64,000 bases of DNA from Phoronis australis (taxonomy: Eukaryota; Animalia; Phoronida): the NCBI GenBank assembly GCA_002633005.1, contig NMRA01000294.1, positions 302,948 through 366,947 on the forward strand, given 5' to 3'. This document shows positions 13,701 through 26,529 of the stretch, in pieces. The notes beneath the pieces were generated by a model. That model saw only the letters and a list, made by a program, of their open reading frames with translations. It did not search any database and was not told where the DNA came from. Each line of letters starts with the position of its first letter. Position 1 is the first letter of the stretch. The position numbers and the translations under genes are program-made.

Positions 13701-14182
13701 GGCATGCAGCAAATATTTGTTAAAGAAAAGCAGGCAGAAAGACTCTCCTTGCTTCTCCTTCTTGTTTAGCGACATCTACAGCACTATTTGAGACAAACTG
13801 ATATGCTTAACAACCGTGTTGCTAACTTTCAAGGCCGGCAAAACGTGTTTCCCAAACAAAAGCCGGTTGTGTCATCGACTAACGACAAACTTCTTTGATT
13901 TTCACCCAAACGTTCTCATTAGCAACACTTCTACATTTCTACATTTCTAATGTTAAGAGAACCGAATCATTCGACATTACACAAATTTTATATATTTCCA
14001 ATTTGTTTCATTTTTGCCGACTGATTATTTTTTCCGCGTTTTCAATGTATAGACCTTCTGCAGAAAACTATGGGCTTCAGTTGTACCATACCTGAAAAAA
14101 TTTTAACTAAATGTTTCGAAAACAAATTAAGTTTTAAATTTCTAGGCGAAATAATTAAACTTAATTACATTGGTAGTCAAGT

Positions 14183-14426
14183 CATGCGCGCACCCAGCCT
14201 CCAATATAGGGGGCTCGAATTCCTAATATTGTGAACCTTTTGATTACAATAAAGCCAGAGGACTAAAAATAAATAAAAAGGGCGCACCATTGTGAATTGC
14301 GCGTTTGTGCTTGTTTAGTGGACTTTTGTCTCATTCTCTCGCCCTTTTTGTTTCTCATGGGCGGATCTTTCTGTCCACTTCTCCAAATGGGGGGCTCGTT
14401 CGAGCCCCCCCCCGGGTGCGCGCATG
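14183..14426. mobile_element. MITE with CATGCGCGCACCC TIRs and 5-bp TSD CAAGT
   Basis: Perfect 13-bp TIRs; caagt at 14178-82 and 14427-31. A second copy lies inverted at 39066-39322. Confidence 0.9.
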
Positions 14427-15520
14427 CAAGTAAATCATTTTCTGTCAGCCTAGTCAAGACATTTAACCAATCTCCAGTTTCCCTTAGCCCCCCTCCTCTT
14501 TTCCTGTAACCACCCCTCGGCTACCGTATCAAATCTGTCGACTTGTTTGAAAAACTCAACTGACCGTAATACGACTCACTAGAGGGCAATACTACACACT
14601 TCCGTTCACTACCACCCTGGCTAATCACGATAACAAGAACACTGAATTATAAAATTTTCAGCAAACAAGTTCTATTTTAAGTGACTGGTTATCTAATAAA
14701 TTTCCAAATAGCTTCATCAAAATAATCTCCAAACCGTGCTGTAGATCAACTAAAATGTCATAACCACACCGGATATTTCGTGGAGACACAAAGCCATTAA
14801 AATTGACAACTATAAGATTCCGGTCAATGGCATGCAGTAAACGAAGGATAGTGGTGCTTATGTACACTTCATTCAAAAACATTCCTATATTGAATTTGTT
14901 TTTGGTCAAGAACCCACATATCCTCTTGAAGCTAAGCTAGACGTGCACTCAAACCCACAGTTTTGAAAGTTCAAGTAATTCTGTTGCTGCTGTAATACCA
15001 GTCACAATTGGATGTCTACTACAGAAGCTCCATCTATTGCGCATTTGAAAATCTATTTTACCTGATTTGGCGCAACTTATTCTACAAACATGCTCTGCAA
15101 CTTGATATGAACAAACGCAAGTGTTGGTATCACTAAATAAAGTGTGTATATACGTTTAACTTTAGTGTTTTTAAGTGTTATATTTTTATTGAAGAAGCAC
15201 AATTTACTCTTTAATGACTTATACGACGTTGAATGGCGACAGAAGGTAAGGCCTAATCAGTTCATTTCTCACGTTTCATTGAACCTTGATTTATTGTTCA
15301 TTAATATTGATGCATTCTTATTCAAAAAGCAAAACTGTCTGCCCAGGTACAATGATTTGGAGGAGACTTCGGGTTATATATTTTCGAGTGAGATTGAAGC
15401 AGTGACCAGTGACCGCTCCGATATGTCAGCCATTTCTCATAAGATCATATTATTGTAAGATGAAACTGGTTGATACACGAACACAATTTTTCACCACATA
15501 CATGTAAATGCACGACGAGA

Positions 15521-15678
15521 TGACGTCAGACGAATGTTTGATAAAAGAACCACAGTGTCGGTGTTTCTCTGATGACGTCACCAGGTGTTCATTCTTGGCA
15601 AGCAACATACAAGTGGTAAATTAGAATACATTGATTCACTGGGTCTTTCGCGAGAGGAAAAGCGGGTGAGTGACGTCA
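15521..15678. promoter_or_regulatory. Cluster of three full CRE palindromes
   Basis: TGACGTCA at 15521, 15573 and 15671, next to a GC/CpG-richer patch (about 15740-16030). Confidence 0.5.
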
Positions 15679-16052
15679 CATTATATCAATGAAATAAGAG
15701 GATGTTGTTTTTTTTCTCTGATTGTATCAGGTTTGTTTGTGGTCCACCGTTGTATCCTCCGGATGGCGGTAAAGCGAGACCCCGCGAATGTACGCACACT
15801 AAAAGATGCTTTAACATGTCCGTAAGGTGGTAAATATTAATGGGGGAATCAGACGAATTCCACCTCGCCTCCTCCCTCCAGCTGGTCCTCACCAGTTTCG
15901 ATAACCCTCCACGTCGCCGGCGTCAATTTTGGACGTCTCCGGTTTCCACCAACATTACGTGCACCTCGGGCCATGGCGCTGCATATCATTGTCATGTGGA
16001 CAAGTGCCTGGCTCTCGCTTACTGTGGCACTGATTCTTCATTTGTAGCACAG

Positions 16053-16163
16053 GGGCCCGTTCCAAGAAACTGACTTACGTTCATTTTTTACTTAAATCTA
16101 ACATTCGTATTAATTACCAAACTTTGAAACTGTCTTAGCTAAGTCAGTTTTTGGAACAAGCCC
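16053..16163. mobile_element. PIF/Harbinger-type MITE, TSD CAG
   Basis: gggcccgttccaagaaactgactta / taagtcagtttttggaacaagccc flanked by cag. Confidence 0.7.
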
Positions 16164-18329
16164 CAGGGCTCATATAGCAAGTGCTCCCTCCTGTCAGTAA
16201 GCAAAGTTTGGCTTCCGTCAGGGCTGGAATTAGGAACATGGTTCATCGTAGAGCAAACGGAACCCAAAGACATTTGCACAAAAGACGTGCACGGAAACTG
16301 ATTCCACAGTACCATAAAACAAAAAGACACGTCAGAAATATTTGTCCGTACTTACAGAGAGTCTGCAAATGCCATGGTGCCGTGTGTGCCAAAGTACGTT
16401 TCCAGTACAGAAATGACTTCGGTGTTATGATTGGACCTTTGGGTTTGTCAGTTGACAAACATTAAAGATGCTTTAAATATCTTGCAACGTATATTAAATA
16501 ATTGTCACTTTGCACCCAACAGTTGTCTTATACCAATCGAGAACTCGAAATGTGCTCATGGTTTCAGAAAATGTGATTACCACACCATTACGATGCTAGA
16601 AACGTCATTCTGTCGGAATCTCTACCATTGACCTTGTATCAAAAAAGACGTAAGTAACTTCTACATGTAGTTTGTTTACATTTCAACTTGAAATGAAAAT
16701 TTAAAATTAATTATACCGAAAATGTATTATCAAAAGCATCACATATTTTCCGAATCGTTCTATGCTGGCAGCGTTCGTTATAGATGTTTTTAAAATATTT
16801 TCTGAAAATTTCGAGCAATCTGACCGTGAACTGGTAGTTTCCATTGTCTTGTGATATCAAGCGTAGTTCTGCTGAGAATTTCCTTCCAATTAAATTGAAA
16901 TGTTACAGTAAACATCACGTACTCTTATTGTTATATTTCCATGAAATTCAATTAAGTTAACGCGTTATAATTAATATCTGTTCTGCGACATCTTTACATC
17001 TTAATTTTCACTGACTAAACAGAACGGTGTCTTTAAAGGGACATTTTGAAGCCGAAAAGTGGGACTATTGCATGGGATATATATTACTTCTTCAGTTGAA
17101 GTTATTAAAGTTGACCAGACTTATAAAACAGCAAAATCCGTTGAATTTTTGTGATCTTATTCCATTTCTCGTCGTTGTTTGCCAGACATTCGATGTTGTT
17201 TGCCAGACAGTCGTCGTTGTTTGCCACACATTCGTTGAAATCAAGACCGGTGTATTTACACCTTAATGGGATGAAAATACTTTAATCTCAAACGCGTGTG
17301 ATTTGGTTCAGTGTTAGATTGTTTGGCTGCTACTGCCGAAATTGTGGGTTCGATCGCTAGTTATATTTTATTTCAATCTTTAAAATTCCTGTTCTAGCCG
17401 AGAATATCCCAATAATGATTTTGTAACTTGAAGATATCCTTATCTCGTAATTAATGTTACCGTTATCTTGACTTATATATAATATGTAAGTAAAAGTTTA
17501 TCTTTAACTCTCTGAAAACTTGTTTTTAATCAGTCGACTTATCATACCTAATAGTAAGCAAATAATACACGTACTGCACTGGTTGGTATCACGGTCAGTT
17601 TCTTCAACGCAAATTTGATTGTTTTGTTCGTTAATTTTTGTCGTGACTTTTTTGATGCTTGTAACCTGATTCTTTTACAAGAAACTGTCTTATTTTGACG
17701 TAGGAAACGCAACAATTGCTTGGCCGCACTCAGCACCTAAATGTCAAGTTGAAATGGTACCTCAAGCCACGCCAGCTTTAAGTGTAAGTAAGCATGTTAT
17801 TTTTCATTCATTTTTCTCGATCCCATGATTGCACACTCAGAGACGTGGGTGGAGTTTCATTTAAATGAAACCGATCTCGGTGAGACCTAGATTTTGCGAG
17901 AAAGCAAGATCTCGCAAGAACTCGGAATATAACACGATTATAAAGCGAGTGATTTGCGAGTATAGTTGGTCGCTCAGTAGTATAGTCTAATAAAATGGTG
18001 TCCACTGAAATAATTGGTCGATGAGTTCGGAGTGTTGCATTATGGGATTGAATTCTTTGTTGCCATTCCATAACTACGTCAAACAAGTTTTTGTTGCTGC
18101 AGGTACACTCTAATGTCTCACAATTCATTATTATCGGCGATGTCAGAGAGACATTCGCCAAGGCCAGTAATTTTACTAGTTAAGTACATCTTACAACAAT
18201 TTCAAAAGATCGAAAAAGTTTTGCGTTATTATAGAACACCTCCGAATTTACACCAACAAATTAGAGATGTGCTGGCATTAACAACTAAATAAAAACTTAT
18301 TCGTTAAATTTCTTTTAACATTTAAATGG

Positions 18330-18720
18330 AAATCCCTCTTCTTATTTGTTCCGTGCAGAGATTTGAGGTATATTGTTCAGAAAAATAATGATGTTGCAAA
18401 GGAATAGTTTTTAAAAATAAGGAATCTAAACTGTTACAATTTGCCGATGATAGTGTAATACTCCCTGGTGGCTCTGAAAATTCACTCAAGTCATCACTTT
18501 CTTTAGTGGACCAATTCTTCAAATTTTCAGGCTTGAAGCCTAATTTTGAAAAAAAATGTCTGCGTTTGGTTAGGGTTTATGCGAACTAACAACATTTTAT
18601 TGTGTCGAAGCATAAAATTAACGTGGGAATGTAAGAAATTTTCCTTTTTGGGCATAATTTTTACACCCAGTTTGAAAAATATGATTGAGTTCAATTATAC
18701 TGAGAAAGTTGCCATAGCGA
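18330..18720 (+). pseudogene. Decayed L1/Tx1-type LINE reverse transcriptase fragment
   Basis: Frameshifted translation CAEI..FRKNND..KGI..SKLLQFADDSVILPGGSENSLKSSLSLVDQFFKFSGLKPNFEK..VWLG. FADD at 18440-51; SGLKxN is typical of L1-group RT. Confidence 0.8.
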
Positions 18721-21700
18721 TAAATCTATACACTTACAAAGTATGTCAGATAGAGGTCTTTTGTGTCAGTGTTGAAAGTTTGAATTTACTTCATCTTCTT
18801 TTCTTCACTTCTTCTTCAATTGTATTAGATATCATACCTGCACACCTGTATATATGTTATGTATTAGATATCACACCTGTACACCTGTATATTTGTATAT
18901 ATGTTATGTTTTGAAATGAAAGGTGACAAAGAAAGCCAGAGATAGCTTACTATTTTCCAGAGCTTTGCAATTTTATCAATGATTTCAATTCGGGTAAATT
19001 CAGTAGAGCGATGGAAACCATGGTGAGTTTGACGTAACAACCATTGCTTTGGAATGATCGAATCTTTGAATAAAGACATGAAGAACCAAAGAAATATGTC
19101 TTATTATTTAAGAATAACCGGTCCTTAATTTATTCACATGAATAATTTCCATGTTTCCTGGGTTAGTTTGGTTTGAAATAGATTTGCAAAACACAAAAAT
19201 GGATTAATTTAGTTAATATGTTTAATGCAACTTCACGAAAATTTTGGGTTTGAGTTGTCGGTATTAAGTTTGTCTCTGAACCGCAGAGAGTTTAAAATAT
19301 CTTGGGAGGGCCGTAAATTATTTTTGTTCTTGTATTTATTAAATCGTATTTTATTTTTCAGCTAAATTTATCTAAACAAGAACGAACGGTGTCCTGCAGT
19401 GATGACACCGAGATCACTATTCAACTAGTGTCCATGTGATTAAGTACATTGCACAATGATTCAACATACAACTTTTTCAAGTAAGTGACAAATGAAAGAG
19501 AAGGCACGGTAACTGAAATCTATATGAAAAGAAATTGAATATGGTATAAACAGTGAAGCAACTGACTAAGCGTACTTGTTATTCAACCACATCTACACTT
19601 GTTCTTTCACTACCAAGCGAAAATACATTTTCTTGGAAACACTCGCCCACTGGGAGGCATACGTATAGTTCACGAGGTTATCGAGGGAATTTTCGCGCAC
19701 TAAAATACAGTCTAAGTGTGAATATGTTCTAAATACATGTAGTTATCCTTGTAAATTGAAAGAAAACAGGTTCGACTCAATTCATAAACCTAGAGATTGT
19801 TAACTTGAATCGGAAAAAATATAAATTACTATTTTTAAGTTTCCGCCTGTAGTTTTGCCACCGTTAGGGTGTGCTACAGACGTCACAACCGATAGATTCT
19901 ATTTCTGCCGGAGGTATCAAACAAATGTGAATAATACCTCTCAAAGGAGTCTGGGCTATGACTTGTTCGACAGCCGGCGACTAAACCGCCAATGAGCGAA
20001 ATCTTGAAGCGGGGCTATTTGATCCTTTTAAGTTCACAAAAGTCACTGTTTACTTCTGGTTTCCAGACTGATTCTGTTTTCGAACAGGAATCAACTGACA
20101 AATCGATGTGCTCTCCCATAGACACATTTTACCCTGAAAAAGGTGCTTCAATGTGTGTCAGAAAGAAAGGTCTTCGACAGGGCTTGAACAAACAACAGGC
20201 AAGTACGATGTATGTTTTGGGCAGCTATCTCTTTTACATCCATCCTCTTCCGTTCAATAACATACACTGTGTACCTTATAAATTGAAATGTGATATTTGG
20301 AACTATTTCTGTTATACATGTTGTTGTCATTCCACAATCCTGTTTTAATTGTTTTTTCAATGATCTCTTGTCTGCTGTTTGTTTATCAAAGAATTCGATG
20401 TGAGACGATCAGCAGTGGCAGAGGACTAATCGCAGGCAAATATCGTGGACGTATCAATGAAGAACACACAAGCACCTATAAAACGGTCTGTGGTGCTCTC
20501 ATTAATGTACACGATTTGATATGAAAACATTATTTTGTCCATGTCATTTGGGATTAAAAGTTTTAATCCTTCTTGTCTCTCAAACCCGCCTATGTATTCC
20601 TTCCTTGGTAATGAAACATACGGTGTACAACTGAACACGTGCGTTCTTAGCATTTACTTTGGACATAAAACCATTGAAATGGTTGGTTATGTGTATTTTC
20701 ACAGTAGGAAAGGCACAGCCATTCAGTACATTTAATTATGCTTTATTAGATTGTTCTAAGGTTTTGCAACAAAACTTCGTTGACAGAGGTCCTTGCCGGA
20801 AAGCCCTTGCCACGAATGATGTGTACGTTCTTACACGTAAGCCGAAGCAGCGACTCGCCTTCTTCTTGACACACAACGGCACTGATACGCAGTAAAATGT
20901 AATAATTTCGTTACATTTTATGTAACTGTTACAATTTATGTCGAATGCACATGCGAGAAATGTACCATTGTTACATTTTACGAAACCGACGTCATACTTC
21001 ATGAGTTTGCATGGTATTTGTCAAACGGAGGAAAACGATTCATACACTGTACACTTAACGCCTTCTTTCTCGGATTGTTTGAATGAAATTCTATCAAACG
21101 TGCCAGCTCGAATTTACAGATGTGTCAGTATGAGCTTTCCATTTGTATTAACATGGGTAGTTTCTTAGTATAGTAAAAATTGTACCCCGCCCAGTTTCAA
21201 CTCCAGACGAAAGGAGTTTCCAGGATCAGGAAACACGTTTTTATTGTTAAAGCGTTCTTGCAATCTTTTGTTGGCTCTCACAAGTCACACCCAACTGTAT
21301 GCCCGGCATTGCAGTAAACACACAACAGAAACAATGACACAGTATTTTGGCTAATACATGTATTTATCATATTTCTTAGGAAGCAAATGACAATAACATG
21401 TTTCACGGAGAATTCAATTTCAATAGCCAATTTGATAGAAAACATCCGTTTTAGTATACGATACCTTGATTTATTTAAGCCAGTGTTTTATTGCCTTAGA
21501 GTCATGGCTAATGCTCCACACGAAAGGGACAAGACCAAAGTTTCTGATGCCGACGGGTTCTGTTCACCACCTAAGTTTTACTAATGACAATTTCTTTCAG
21601 ACTTTCGCGGGAGGAAATAAAAGTACACATTTATTTACGGGCAGGTTGACAGATTTTTCCAGTGCAAGAGCAAAGGATCGCCTTTGAGAAGGGGAACCAA

Positions 21701-22972
21701 TAGATTAAAAAATGGCAGCATAGTAAAGTGTTTTGAACAGCTAAAATCTGAAAGAAATATAATTGTTCATACGATGTCAAACCTGTCTGAAATAGTGATG
21801 GTAACAACTGATCAAACCGTGATGTGTATACTTTAAATGGGAGGCTTAGCTGGGGAAATAGAAAATATTTTGCTTTTCTGAAAGGACGCGGTCATTTTGC
21901 TCACACAGGGTCTAGGTCGATAGTTTAAAGGAGCAATAGTCCGAAAAAGCTCACTGCCGGCTTTTCGGACTACAAAAACATGCATTTTCTCTTTCTATTA
22001 CGTTTTAAGATAAAAAATCTATTAAACTTGTTATTTGGTCAATGATCGTTAGTCCGAACTAGGAACCAAGCTCCTAGGTCTGAAGCACATATAAATAAGA
22101 CAGAGATTGGACATTCTAGTATTAATGTACGTGAAGCCACGCGTCTCATGAGGCGCTATTTTTTGCTGTCAACAACACACGTAGTTGTAGCCAGATAATC
22201 ATCTTTGGTAATAAACCTTTTCCTACATCGCATAAAAAGCGCATATTAGACATCGCTGACTTCGACGTTGGCTGTTTCTTACAACTCACTATGAATGAAA
22301 CCTAGTTCAAATAACTCAATTAAATCACTGAATATTGGGGACCGTTTCACATAAAATTCTTGCGTGTTTTATATGTCCGTTACTAGCTATTCTAATGACC
22401 CAGTGACCGCAGCCATAGCTAACTAGTCGCTAGGTCTCGAAAAATATCTACCTTCAGAATTCAACTTAAAGCAATTTTTGAACTTACATCGTGGAGCGAG
22501 CCCCAGTTCTTCGAAAATGAATGTTTTCAACAAGAAACAAAAATGATAACACGGTGGGTATCCTCACGTTTAGATGGAAGTCACAATTAAAAAATTGCAG
22601 TCTTAATTCAGTTCTTCGTGGCAAACTACAAAAGGATATAGTCATTTACAAACGATACCGTACTTGCCGATAGATCAGAAATAATCAATTTTTGAAGTGG
22701 GGCACGTCTCAACAACATATTTAGTCTCAACCCCTTCGTTTCCAAAAAGTAGGCCTACTCTGCAGCCACAGCTGTCATGACGTTTCTCACAATAACGTTA
22801 AGGTTGAACACAGGAACCTAACCACTAACTGTCCATTATGGGAATACCGGTGAGATGATTTTAAAAATTTTCAGGACCATGATGCATAAGGGCTTTGCTA
22901 AAACATGTATTATTTATATTGCACAATGTCATTGTAAAATAAATTCAAAAATATCATGTGCTTTCCACGTAA

Positions 22973-23058
22973 TAATGACAACGATAACGATAACGAGTAA
23001 TAGTAGTGAAAGTAGTAATAGTAGTGATAGTAATGTAATAGTAATAAAAATGATAATG
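22973..23058. repeat. Degenerate (TAA/TAG/TGA)n microsatellite
   Basis: aataatgacaacgataac..tagtagtgaaagtagtaatagtagtgatag. Confidence 0.7.
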
Positions 23059-23084
23059 GGTAGCCAGATTTATGCCGTGTCAGT

Positions 23085-23363
23085 CCGGAGGGCATTCATA
23101 TAGAAGAGGTATACGAAAAGCGCCGCCCAAAAGGGTGTTTTTCACACAGAAAAATACTCTCCAAAGTGATGCCATTTTCAACAAAATACTATCTAAAAGA
23201 GTATTTTTCTGACTCTCTGGAATAGAAATGTGCGAAAATGTGAATTTTTAAGCAAAATTATTCTCTAAATGGGTCACATTTGTCCAATCTCACTCTCTAA
23301 ACGGTAGGTATTCAATTTTTTCGGGCGGCACCCCTTGTCCAAAAATACTCAAGTATCCGCCGG
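23085..23363. mobile_element. Nested CC..GG-ended non-autonomous element (CACTA/EnSpm-like ends)
   Basis: ccggagggcattc..gcgccgccc at the left and gggcggcacc..agtatccgccgg at the right, with internal actctctaaa repeats. Confidence 0.45.
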
Positions 23364-24647
23364 CCGTGTCGGATTACACTTGTTTCTGATTTTGGTCATT
23401 TTGTTTGAAATATGACGTTGGTTTCATAAAATGTAACAATGGTTAATTTCTTCCATGTGCTTTCCACGTAAAATGTAACAATTACGTAAAATGTAACAAC
23501 TTGATACAGTTTAGGAGAGTCCTAGCAACATAAAATGTAACAACGACGTAAAATGTAACAGTTGTTACATTTTACGCAATTGTTATATTTACGGCGTATC
23601 ACGGCACTCACAAATTGGCGGTCCGTCAGCTTATGCAGATACAGTCACATAGTTGCAAAAGGAAGTCAAACCGTTTAGGTAGAACGTACTTAAAAAATAG
23701 TTATAGAGATTAATAATATCATTAAATCATTTCATGATCGATAAGAAGTAACTTTTGTGAGAATAAATTTTAAAATAATGTATTATTACATTTTTTTAAA
23801 TTTTTACAGCTTAAGTAGGCGTCATCGGAAGTAGACATTCGGAGCTGGTTGAACATCGTATCCACTGCGAGATCTCATATTTCATCTGCCAACAACTCGT
23901 CTTGGTCTTCAGAACAGCATTCTCTAATGTTAGTGGAACCTCAACCACCTTAGTGACAGCAGACTCACGTTTACAAGGAGGGCACACCTTCAGTTTTTGC
24001 CAGACGTTGCCAGCGACTTGTGGTGCAAACCCGTACGGGTTCCATTTTATCATACTTGCCGGTCCGGATGTCCTTCGTTTCAAACAATCCAACCTCTGTT
24101 CACTACCGCACCTCTAGACTGGAGCCTTCCCAAACAACGTGAGCATTTAGGTGACAATTCACCATCTACTAGACATCCTGGTGATGACCCCCCAACCAAC
24201 CGAGCAACCAATATCCTATGAACTATCTGGTCACACTGTGTTAGGTAACCACAGAGCTTCACCTAGGTCACAGTGACCTACCTGTGAATTACAACATCAC
24301 CAGAGTACTGTCAATCCCATAGGAACTGATCACTCCGTTCGTGCGTTTTTCTTCAATGGGACTTCGGGTGATTTCCCGCACTACAAACTTGTAGCCTAAT
24401 GGTAAGTTTGTTAACTAAAATAAATACACTGAGTTACATAAAACATGCATACCATATTCGTTATCATCATCATCATCATCATCATCGCATCTGTCTTCAA
24501 AACTGTCATCATCATTGTCGCCATTACTTGTTTTGATGAGATGTGCACGTGCGTGTATGGTCATTTACACGCAGGTAGGGTTGATAAAACTATGATAGAA
24601 AGCATGCTAATATAAGCGTGTATAATTTAAAGACTGAACGAAGGAAA

Positions 24648-25588
24648 TATAAAAATAATTGCAGGCGGTCTGTGTCACACGTGCGCAGGCCGCTCAGTTT
24701 CATGCCTTATTGATATATAGTTAAACCGACCTGAGAAGGTAGAAACCAGACTCAAGAGTTTAGCAGTGTGCCCAGTTGGACTCGAACCCACGACCTTAGA
24801 AGCGGAAACATATCCCACTAGACTACACTGCCTCTAAAGGAGGAAAGGATTTACATAGAATATTTACGCTCAGAGACAAAAGGCAAATGTCTGTTTTTTT
24901 CCGCGAGGCATGCTAGCTCTTCATTATTTCTGTCGTTTTTGAAATGAAGTTTAGCACTTTCGAAAGGAGGTACAATGTTCCTGTACGCCAATCCCGCTAC
25001 ATGTGCGCAAAGGCGAGTGTGTTGGTTCACATACAAACACATAGGGTAGACGGTGAATTACGAACTTCTTTTAACATGTTTTATGTATTTATGACACAGA
25101 ATAACGGCATATATGAGAACGACAATGCCATTTTAAGACGCCATATTCGATTGGTGGAAAACCGGGACATTACTGACTGCGACGAACAACGTCGGGTAAG
25201 CAACCACCACAGCAAGCAGACTTATAAAATGCCGTAAGTATACGGACTAACGTCGTAATGAAGAGTAAACTGGAGTTAGAATCAGACTTGCCTATTCTGC
25301 CCATCAACTGCTCTCGGAACATTAGAATCATTTTAAATGTGATACGAAAGAAGGCAGTGTGGCCTGGTTGGTAAGTGCCTGCTTTCTTTACTCGAGGTCG
25401 TGGGTTCGAGTCCCACCAGGTCACACTGTTAAACCCTTGAGCCAGGTTTCTAGCTCCTCAGCTCGGTTTTAACCATATATCAGATAAAGCATAGAAATAT
25501 TTCCAGGTGATCAGTGCAATGGGCCCACATGCGAGGCCTGAGCACGTCTGGTACAACGTGTATCAGACCGCCTGCAATTATTTTTATA
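24648..25588. mobile_element. Inverted-repeat element with a tRNA-like module in each arm
   Basis: Perfect 25-bp ends tataaaaataattgcaggcggtctg / cagaccgcctgcaattatttttata. Arms 24648-24832 and 25353-25588 are homologous and each has A and B boxes. Confidence 0.8.
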
Positions 25589-26292
25589 AAGAAGATCTAG
25601 CAACGTTTTCAACTGTATACCCGCCCTGGTTCAGTTTTAAATTGTATAATGTACTTAGGCTCAATATGCGCATACACTAGAATGCGTTTTTTAAGGTTGT
25701 TTTGTTCGAGTGTTTCCCCATATACGTGGATACTAATCTCCTCACACACAGGCACCAACAGGTGTCGCTTATACAAGTCAATGTTTTCTCTAGATTTGTG
25801 TTTTATGCCAACTTCTTATTATTTTGATCTCAATGCGCTAGTACTCATTTTGTGACGTCACATCAACAAGAGGCACTGTGCATAAAACACTCGGCAATTA
25901 CTGTTGCTCGTAAAAAGTATTGGCATCAAACTTTTGGCTGACATTTGAACGGATCCTCGATTTTTTAAAATTCGTTTCACTTGAAAAATATATGTACAAG
26001 CATCACTAGTAAGACCTTTATCTACCCTGCAATGGTAAATCACTTTCTCTTGCCGGGAACGATTTCACAGAAGTATATTATGTGTTTTGTATGCTATAGT
26101 TTTGGCCAAACATAACATATTTGAGACTAGGGCGGTGTCGCTTGGTGACAGAATCATCGGGCAATACATGTATTGTCTTTTCATCTTTGCATATTAATAC
26201 GTCACTAGAACGCAGGCGTAATTTCAAGTGACAAAATTTCTGGGATGATTGTCAGGGGGTGAAAAACACCCTTACCACACATCTCGAAAATT

Positions 26293-26416
26293 CTTACCAC
26301 TCACAAAACCTCATCACGGAGCCTGCACTCCAATTACACTCAGTCACACTTACCGCTCACAACACTTCATCATGGAACCTGCACTCCAATCACACTCAGG
26401 CACACTTACCACTCAC
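26293..26416. repeat. 56-bp tandem repeat, about 2.2 copies
   Basis: cttaccRctcac..cctgcactccaat..cacactcag recurs at 26293, 26349 and 26405. Confidence 0.8.
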
Positions 26417-26529
26417 GCCGCCACTTCATGACGTGAATGGGCTTATAATCAATTTTGTTTCGACTCTTAATTTGTCTGATGGGGTCATCTTACTGTTGTG
26501 CCATGTACAGTGATGCTGAACATCGTGCA

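Larger units (their letters stand above)
20883..23601. mobile_element. 2.7-kb non-autonomous DNA transposon, TGATACG..CGTATCA termini, 6-bp TSD CGGCAC
   Basis: Arms 20883-21001 and 23406-23601 are inverted homologues built from taaaatgtaaca subterminal repeats. cggcac at 20877-82 and 23602-07. Confidence 0.8.

Noticed and set aside
23860-24120. Possible transposase remnant (RRAHLQ, CRSGC motifs)
   Set aside because: Motifs are short and in different frames; cannot be supported without a search.
24145-24156. ATTTAGGTGACA, the first 12 nt of the SP6 promoter
   Set aside because: The match stops before CTATAG. Too short, with no vector context.
25353-25428. Functional tRNA gene
   Set aside because: A/B boxes and the T-arm are present, but there is no proper acceptor or anticodon stem and it is embedded in a repeat arm. 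The same holds for 24770-24832, 27819-27878 and about 17296-17360.
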